Source: a virus (lineage: Duplodnaviria > Heunggongvirae > Uroviricota > Caudoviricetes). Taken from it: a stretch of 51,450 nucleotides of DNA. The notes under the pieces are model-generated. The model saw nothing but the letters and a program-made list of their open reading frames with translations. It searched no databases and was not told the DNA's origin. The number at the start of each line of letters is the position of its first letter. Positions within the stretch are counted from its first letter, which is position 1. The position numbers and the translations under genes were made by a program. This document shows, one piece after another, positions 44,544 to 51,450 of this stretch. The DNA lies in IMG/VR virus record IMGVR_UViG_2617271050_000002, one strand, 5' to 3'.

Positions 44544-47500
44544 ATGGCAGTAAAAATTTCAGGTGTACTGAAAGACGGCACAGGAAAACCGGTACAGAAC
44601 TGCACAATCCAGCTGAAAGCAAAACGTAACAGTACCACGGTGGTGGTGAACACGCTGGCATCTGAAAATCCGGATGAAGCCGGGCGTTACAGTATGGACG
44701 TTGAGTACGGTCAGTACAGCGTTATTCTGTTGGTGGAAGGATTCCCGCCGTCACATGCCGGGACCATCACAGTGTATGAAGATTCCCGACCCGGTACGCT
44801 GAATGATTTTCTCGGTGCCATGACGGAGGATGATGCCCGTCCGGAGGCACTGCGCCGTTTTGAGCTGATGGTGGAAGAGGTGGCGCGTAACGCGTCCGTG
44901 GTGGCACAGAACACGGCAGCCGCGAAGAAGTCAGCCAGTGATGCCAGCACATCAGCCCGTGAGGCGGCAACCCATGCGACTGATGCTGCAGGCTCAGCAC
45001 GCGCAGCCAGCACGTCAGCCGGACAGGCCGCGTCGTCGGCTCAGTCAGCGACTTCCAGCGCAGGAACGGCATCAACAAAGGCCACTGAAGCATCAAAAAG
45101 TGCTGCCGCTGCAGAGTCCTCAAAAAGCGCGGCAGCTACCAGTGCCAGTGCCGCGAAAACGTCAGAAACGAATGCTGCAGCGTCACAACAATCAGCAGCC
45201 ACTTCTGCATCCACCGCGACTACGAAAGCGTCAGAAGCTGCCACCTCAGCCCGGGATGCGGCGGCTTCAAAAGAGGCGGCAAAATCATCAGAAACGAACG
45301 CATCCTCGAGCGCCAGTAGCGCAGCTTCCTCGGCAACAGCGGCAGGAAATTCCGCGAAGGCGGCAAAAACGTCAGAGACGAACGCCAGGTCTTCTGAAAC
45401 GGCAGCGGGACAGAGCGCCTCGGCTGCGGCAGGCTCAAAAACAGCGGCTGCGTCGTCTGCCAGTGCAGCGTCAACAAGTGCCGGGCAGGCCTCAGCCAGT
45501 GCCACCGCCGCCGGAAAATCGGCAGAAAGCGCCGCATCGTCTGCTTCAACAGCCACAACGAAGGCTGGCGAAGCCACTGAACAGGCCAGCGCAGCAGCGA
45601 GGTCTGCTTCCGCAGCGAAGACATCCGAAACGAACGCGAAAGCGTCGGAAACCAGCGCAGAATCCTCAAAAACGGCTGCCGCATCGTCAGCCAGTTCGGC
45701 GTCGTCATCGGCATCATCTGCGTCTGCTTCAAAAGATGAGGCGACCAGACAGGCGTCAGCAGCGAAGGGTAGCGCCACGACGGCATCCACGAAGGCGACA
45801 GAGGCAGCTGGCAGTGCGACGGCAGCAGCTCAGAGCAAAAGTACGGCGGAATCTGCAGCAACGCGCGCTGAGACAGCGGCAAAACGGGCAGAGGATATTG
45901 CATCCGCCGTGGTGCTTGAGGATGCGAGCACGACGAAAAAGGGGATAGTACAGCTCAGCAGTGCGACCAACAGCACTTCCGAGTCACTGGCGGCAACGCC
46001 AAAAGCCGTTAAGGCCGCGTATGACCTGGCTAACGGGAAATACACCGCACAGGATGCAACGACAGCACAGAAAGGGATAATCCAGCTAAGCAGCGCGACC
46101 AACAGCACGTCTGAAACGCTGGCGGCAACGCCAAAGGCAGTAAAAGCAGCCAATGACAATGCTGAGAAACGTCTGCAGAAAGATCAGAACGGTGCGGATA
46201 TCCCTGGCAAAGACACCTTTACGAAAAATATTGGTGCCTGCCGTGCCTTCGGTGGGTCAGTAAGCACAACAACAGGAAACTGGACGACTGCACAGTTTAT
46301 CGAGTGGCTGGATTCTCAGGGAGCATTTAACCATCCATACTGGATGTGCAAGGGTTCCTGGTCTTATGGCAATAATAAAATCATTACTGATACTGGCTGC
46401 GGTAATATTCATCTCGCCGGAGCTGTCATTGAAGTAATGGGGATAAAGTCAGCGATGACGATCCGCATTACCACACCGACCACCTCCACTGGTGGTGGAA
46501 CAACTAACGCCCAGTTTACCTATATTAATCACGGAACAGATTATTCACCTGGCTGGCGAAGGGACTATAACTCCAGAAATAAGCCAACGGCATCAGAGAT
46601 CGGGGCGTTAGCGTCAGGTGGAACAGCAGTATCATCAGTTAATCTGTCTTCAAAAGGTCGGGTAACCGCGCTGACAGACAATACGCAGGGGGCAACAGGT
46701 CTTGAGTTATACGAGGTGTATAACAACGGATATCCAACAGCGTATGGAAATATCATTCACCTGAAAGGGATGACAGCCGTTGGCGAAGGTGAGTTACTCA
46801 TCGGCTGGAGTGGTACAAGCGGTGCTCATGCTCCGGCATTTATTCGTTCACGACGGGATACGACCGACGCAAACTGGTCGCCGTGGGCGCAGCTTTACAC
46901 CTCGGCTCATCCTCCTGCAGAGTTTTATCCAGTCGGTGCACCAATCCCGTGGCCATCAGATACCGTTCCGTCTGGTTATGCCCTGATGCAGGGGCAGACT
47001 TTTGACAAATCTGCTTACCCGAAACTTGCAGCCGTTTATCCGTCAGGCGTGATCCCTGATATGCGTGGCTGGACGATTAAGGGCAAGCCCGCCAGTGATC
47101 GAGCCGTATTGTCTCAGGAACAGGACGGCATTAAATCACACACCCACAGCGCCAGCGTATCCAGTACGGATTTGGGGACGAAAACCACATCGTCGTTTGA
47201 TTACGGCACTAAATCCACGAATAACACTGGTGCGCATACCCATAGTGTTAGCGGTACGGCTGCTTCAGCCGGTGCACATACCCATTCGATGACATTTGTT
47301 TCAGGTGGTTCCAGTGGTGCTACGGGAAGTGGATCACCTGATTACTCTAAATACAGTGTTAACACTTCTTCTGCAGGCGCTCATACGCACTCTGTATCGG
47401 GTACTGCTGCAAGCGCAGGTGCACACGCACATACTGTCGGTATTGGTGCTCATACGCACTCCGTTGCGATTGGTTCACATGGACATACCATCACCGTTAA

Positions 47501-47567
47501 CGCTGCTGGTAACGCGGAAAACACCGTCAAAAACATCGCATTTAACTATATTGTGAGGCTTGCATAA
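44544..47567 (+). CDS. stf: Side tail fibre protein Stf with extended Ala/Ser/Thr-rich repeats and C-terminal HxH repeats
   Basis: ATG at 44544 ([26 protein letters not shown]...) as in lambda Stf; the track uses GTG 44538. C-terminus has GAHTHS/GAHAHT/GSHGHT repeats. Confidence 0.9.
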   Translation: MAVKISGVLKDGTGKPVQNCTIQLKAKRNSTTVVVNTLASENPDEAGRYSMDVEYGQYSVILLVEGFPPSHAGTITVYEDSRPGTLNDFLGAMTEDDARPEALRRFELMVEEVARNASVVAQNTAAAKKSASDASTSAREAATHATDAAGSARAASTSAGQAASSAQSATSSAGTASTKATEASKSAAAAESSKSAAATSASAAKTSETNAAASQQSAATSASTATTKASEAATSARDAAASKEAAKSSETNASSSASSAASSATAAGNSAKAAKTSETNARSSETAAGQSASAAAGSKTAAASSASAASTSAGQASASATAAGKSAESAASSASTATTKAGEATEQASAAARSASAAKTSETNAKASETSAESSKTAAASSASSASSSASSASASKDEATRQASAAKGSATTASTKATEAAGSATAAAQSKSTAESAATRAETAAKRAEDIASAVVLEDASTTKKGIVQLSSATNSTSESLAATPKAVKAAYDLANGKYTAQDATTAQKGIIQLSSATNSTSETLAATPKAVKAANDNAEKRLQKDQNGADIPGKDTFTKNIGACRAFGGSVSTTTGNWTTAQFIEWLDSQGAFNHPYWMCKGSWSYGNNKIITDTGCGNIHLAGAVIEVMGIKSAMTIRITTPTTSTGGGTTNAQFTYINHGTDYSPGWRRDYNSRNKPTASEIGALASGGTAVSSVNLSSKGRVTALTDNTQGATGLELYEVYNNGYPTAYGNIIHLKGMTAVGEGELLIGWSGTSGAHAPAFIRSRRDTTDANWSPWAQLYTSAHPPAEFYPVGAPIPWPSDTVPSGYALMQGQTFDKSAYPKLAAVYPSGVIPDMRGWTIKGKPASDRAVLSQEQDGIKSHTHSASVSSTDLGTKTTSSFDYGTKSTNNTGAHTHSVSGTAASAGAHTHSMTFVSGGSSGATGSGSPDYSKYSVNTSSAGAHTHSVSGTAASAGAHAHTVGIGAHTHSVAIGSHGHTITVNAAGNAENTVKNIAFNYIVRLA

Positions 47568-48142
47568 TGGCATTCAGAATGAGTGAACAACCACGGACCA
47601 TAAAAATTTATAATCTGCTGGCCGGAACTAATGAATTTATTGGTGAAGGTGACGCATATATTCCGCCTCATACAGGTCTGCCAGCAAACAGTATCGATAT
47701 TGCACCGCCAGATATTCCGGCAGGCTTCGTGGCTGTTTTCAACAGTGATGAGGCATCGTGGCATCTCGTTGAAGATCATCGGGGTAAAACGGTTTATGAC
47801 GTGGCTTCCGGCGACGCGTTATTTATTTCTGAACTCGGTCCGTTACCGGAAAATGTTACCTGGTTATCGCCGGGAGGGGAATATCAGAAGTGGAACGGCA
47901 CAGCCTGGGTGAAGGATACGGAAGCAGAAAAACTGTTCCGGATCCGGGAGGCGGAAGAAACAAAAAACAGCCTGATGCAGGTAGCCAGTGAGCATATTGC
48001 GCCGCTTCAGGATGCTGCAGATCTGGAAATTGCAACGGAGGAAGAAATCTCGTTGCTGGAAGCATGGAAAAAGTATCGGGTATTGCTGAACCGTGTTGAT
48101 ACGTCAACTGCACAGGATATTGAATGGCCAGCACTGCCGTAG
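47567..48142 (+). CDS. tfa: Tail fibre assembly protein Tfa
   Basis: 191 aa; start overlaps the stf stop (TAATG). Confidence 0.85.
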   Translation: MAFRMSEQPRTIKIYNLLAGTNEFIGEGDAYIPPHTGLPANSIDIAPPDIPAGFVAVFNSDEASWHLVEDHRGKTVYDVASGDALFISELGPLPENVTWLSPGGEYQKWNGTAWVKDTEAEKLFRIREAEETKNSLMQVASEHIAPLQDAADLEIATEEEISLLEAWKKYRVLLNRVDTSTAQDIEWPALP

Positions 48143-48239
48143 GGTAAAACATATAAATTCTATAATTAGATGTATCTTTCCATTTACGGCAAGGAAGGTG
48201 GCTTGGAAGACGTAAAGCATCTCACACCGAGATTATTTT

Positions 48240-48830
48240 TTATATGTCAGGTGTCTGAAGTTTTGCTTTGGCTCTTAAAATGGTTTGCCGCGAGGTTTTG
48301 AATTCCCGGGCAATGGCACTTATACTTACACCTGACTTAATTCGTTCGAATACCACCTGTTTCTGTTCTTCATTTAACACAGGTGGTCGACCAAAACGTT
48401 TCCCTGCGCCCCGGGCTCTTACTATCCCGGAATGAGTGCGTTCAAGTAAAAGGTCTCGTTCAAATTCAGCGACTGCTGAAATTACTTGCATCATCATTTT
48501 TCCTGTTGGACTGGTCAGGTCAATGCCCCCCAATGCTAAGCAATGCACTCTGATACCTGTTTCGGTCAGTTGTTCCACTGTTTTCCTGATATCCATTGCA
48601 TTACAACCAAGGCGATCCAGTTTTGTCACAATCAATTGATCACCACATTTCAGGCGAGCAAGCAACCGGTTAAAACCAGGACGCTCACTGGTTGCTGCTG
48701 AGCCGCTAATGTGTTCTTCGATTATTTGCTGAGGTTTGATTTTAAAACCTGCACTTTCGATTTCCCGGCGTTGATTTTCGGTGGTCTGATCCAGCGTTGA
48801 TATCCGACAGTAAGCAAAAATTCGAGACAT
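48240..48830 (-). CDS. pin: Serine-recombinase DNA invertase Pin
   Basis: 196 aa; N-terminal catalytic motif (YCRISTLDQ) and C-terminal HTH; convergent with tfa. Confidence 0.85.
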
Positions 48831-49146
48831 AGTGAGACTCTATACGAAATTGGTGTTCATATCATAATGCATCTCAGAAAATAATTTTGATTATTTTTGT
48901 GCATATTTGTATGTACACGTTCGAAAATAAACGAATGCGTATGCAACCCCGTAATTTTGGTGAGACCCAAAATCGATTTTGTGAAAAATGGCTTTAACTC
49001 GGTTTGTTTTTCGAGTTCCGGGCGGACTCAAGGAAGAAGAATAGTGTTGCGTGTTATTTTAACCAGATTTCAAGTTGTTTGGTCGTGGAAAAGTGGAGCA
49101 AAATGTTGTTAAAGTGGAAAAATGATAAAAAAGTAAGTTTATTATA

Positions 49147-49380
49147 TTACATTTTACCATTTAAATTTTGGTTGTCTTTAAGAACTGATATCGCTGTTTG
49201 TAATAATTCTTTGTTATCCAGCCATGATTTTTTCTTTATGTTTCCTTCAATGTAATCAAGCAATGTTCTGGTATTGATAGGTCTTCCCTGTTTTGCTACT
49301 TCCACTACAGCATCCCCTAGGATAATTCTTACTTCAGGAAGCTGCGCAGGGAACCACTTTAGGGTGTCTTTTGATTTCAT
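49147..49380 (-). CDS. ydfK: YdfK/YnaE-family cold-shock-associated protein (77 aa)
   Basis: Internal start MKSKDTLKWFPAQLPEVRIILGDAVV... of track ORF 49147..49413; matches recalled YdfK. Confidence 0.7.
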   Translation of the reverse strand: MKSKDTLKWFPAQLPEVRIILGDAVVEVAKQGRPINTRTLLDYIEGNIKKKSWLDNKELLQTAISVLKDNQNLNGKM

Positions 49381-50166
49381 GAAGATATTCCTTAAAATAT
49401 TATTGATTTTCATTGCGATATTGTATGTCTGATTCAGGATATGTTGACTTATACATCGGTTTTGTCTGGGTTATTGGATATGCCAATCCCTAATTTTATT
49501 AGGGCATGACTAAAAATGCTGAATATGATAAGGAGAGATGTGATTATCAGTATGCTGTTCATATAGCCTCGAATTAGTAATGTGTTATATATGATATAGT
49601 TGACAATTTTTATCTTGGGTGTTCTTAAAGTTCGTAGATAAACATTGTCGTTTCAGGTATACAGGAATGCTAACAGGTGGCAGCAAAAATCAGGCGGTTT
49701 ATGGCGCAAGCTGAAGCGGCAACTGCAAACTATCTTATGCAGAGACTCTACACGGATTGGGTTTAAAAGTATACATAGATAACAGTTTTTATCTGAAAAA
49801 TAAAAATATCAAGGTGATATAGCCTATATGCCTTTGATGCGGAGGAATGAATGTGATGGGAGTGATGTATCTGAATAGTTGAAAAACCGCAGACACGCCT
49901 TATGCAAGAACGTGCTGCGGTTGGCTGGTAAATTTTTCGATAGTGTGAGTATTGAATGATTTCCAGCCGTTCTTGATTTTACGCATAAATCCATGAAAAA
50001 ACTACTTATCTGTTGGGGAGTTTTTTTTGGGGCATATATGGGACATAAATAGGCCCCAGATAGACACTGAGATCGAACTTAGGATGCTTTTTAAAAAATG
50101 CAACTATCTGAAAAAACCTAGAAAACGCCAAGGAAACCACAGGATGGGAAAAAACACCTGTGAATT

Positions 50167-51450
50167 ATGGATTTCCAGTTATATTCGCTCGGCGCAGCGT
50201 TAGTGTTTCATGAAATATTTTTTCCTGAATCATCAACGGCAATGGCGTTAATTCTGGCAATGGGAACCTACGGTGCAGGTTATGTGGCGCGTATTGTCGG
50301 AGCATTTATTTTCGGCAAAATGGGCGACAGAATAGGGCGTAAAAAAGTGCTCTTTATTACCATCACCATGATGGGGATCTGTACCACCTTAATTGGTGTG
50401 TTACCGACCTATGCACAGATTGGTGTTTTTGCACCCATCTTGCTGGTGACGTTGCGTATTATTCAGGGGTTGGGTGCAGGTGCGGAAATTTCCGGTGCCG
50501 GTACGATGCTGGCGGAATATGCGCCAAAAGGTAAGCGCGGAATTATCTCCTCATTTGTGGCTATGGGAACTAACTGCGGAACCTTGAGCGCAACGGCAAT
50601 CTGGGCCTTTATGTTCTTCATTCTCAGTAAAGAGGAACTGCTGGCGTGGGGATGGCGTATACCGTTCCTGGCGAGCGTTGTCGTGATGGTCTTTGCTATC
50701 TGGTTGCGTATGAATCTGAAAGAAAGCCCGGTCTTTGAGAAGGTTAACGACAGTAACCAACCGACAGCAAAACCTGCACCTGCTGGTAGCATGTTCCAGA
50801 GCAAATCCTTCTGGCTGGCAACAGGGCTGCGTTTTGGTCAGGCGGGTAACTCCGGGTTAATTCAGACTTTCCTTGCAGGCTATTTAGTGCAGACGTTATT
50901 GTTTAACAAAGCAATTCCAACAGATGCATTGATGATCAGTTCGATTCTCGGCTTTATGACCATTCCGTTCCTTGGTTGGTTATCCGATAAAATTGGTCGC
51001 CGGATCCCGTATATTATTATGAATACCTCCGCGATTGTGCTGGCATGGCCAATGCTTTCTATCATTGTAGATAAAAGCTATGCCCCGAGCACCATTATGG
51101 TTGCACTGATTGTGATTCATAACTGTGCGGTGCTGGGATTATTTGCTCTGGAAAACATTACCATGGCAGAAATGTTCGGCTGTAAAAACCGCTTTACCCG
51201 GATGGCTATTTCTAAAGAAATTGGTGGTCTTATCGCTTCCGGTTTTGGTCCTATCCTGGCGGGTATTTTCTGCACCATGACGGAATCCTGGTATCCGATC
51301 GCCATTATGATCATGGCATATTCAGTGATTGGTTTAATCTCTGCGCTGAAAATACCAGAGGTGAAAGACCGTGATTTAAGTGCGCTGGAAGACGCTGCGG
51401 AAGATCAACCGCGTGTTGTAAGAGCTGCGCAACCTTCCAGAAGTCTGTAA
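50167..51450 (+). CDS. ydfJ: MFS transporter YdfJ (host gene, 5'-truncated at the prophage junction)
   Basis: 427 aa with the MFS loop motif GDRIGRKK only ~50 aa from the first Met, i.e. one helix precedes it instead of two. An in-frame TGA lies 6 nt upstream of the ATG. Confidence 0.8.
   Translation: MDFQLYSLGAALVFHEIFFPESSTAMALILAMGTYGAGYVARIVGAFIFGKMGDRIGRKKVLFITITMMGICTTLIGVLPTYAQIGVFAPILLVTLRIIQGLGAGAEISGAGTMLAEYAPKGKRGIISSFVAMGTNCGTLSATAIWAFMFFILSKEELLAWGWRIPFLASVVVMVFAIWLRMNLKESPVFEKVNDSNQPTAKPAPAGSMFQSKSFWLATGLRFGQAGNSGLIQTFLAGYLVQTLLFNKAIPTDALMISSILGFMTIPFLGWLSDKIGRRIPYIIMNTSAIVLAWPMLSIIVDKSYAPSTIMVALIVIHNCAVLGLFALENITMAEMFGCKNRFTRMAISKEIGGLIASGFGPILAGIFCTMTESWYPIAIMIMAYSVIGLISALKIPEVKDRDLSALEDAAEDQPRVVRAAQPSRSL

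Noticed and set aside
45041-45903. Minus-strand ORFs of 249 and 227 aa antisense to stf
   Set aside because: Antisense reading of the same repeat region (Ala/Asp-rich or Leu/Pro-rich low complexity); no start-site support.
44938-45948. 336-aa plus-strand ORF rich in Arg/Gln/Pro overlapping stf in another frame
   Set aside because: It is generated by the GC-rich Ala/Ser codon repeats of stf; extreme low-complexity composition; stf itself is well supported in the primary frame.
48897-49255. 71-aa and 83-aa plus-strand ORFs between pin and ydfK
   Set aside because: A/T-rich intergenic sequence with no RBS; the translated products are low complexity.

Overview
This window is almost entirely one ~50-kb lambdoid prophage of the E. 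coli Qin type, running from an integrase at the left edge (20-1300) to the N-terminally truncated host MFS transporter gene ydfJ at the right edge (50167-51450). All protein identifications are from reading the supplied translations against families I recall from memory; no database search was run. Left to right: int/xis; a leftward dicB-type operon (ydfA, ydfB, ydfC, DicF sRNA, dicB, ydfD, large DEDDh exonuclease) under a DicA/DicC immunity switch; an O-like replication gene with internal iterons; an accessory stretch with a short methyltransferase-like gene, an IS66-family element (ISEc8-like) with 8-bp target duplication and a 10-N assembly gap, an ORF with an in-frame amber codon, a small membrane protein and an rve-type transposase; flxA with a sigma28 promoter; relB-relE-hokD; rem, ydfU, antiterminator Q with a PR'/tR'-like module; cspF/cspB; the lysis cassette (holin, SAR endolysin, Rz/Rz1); cspI, gnsB, ydfO; a lambda-type cos site; a complete lambda-like head and tail gene set (Nu1 to J); lom, side tail fibre, tfa, pin invertase and ydfK. 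No tRNA, rRNA or CRISPR array was found. I did not identify a clearly novel system; the most unusual candidates are the methyltransferase/amber-ORF/small-membrane-protein accessory stretch and the csp-linked zinc-ribbon ORFs.
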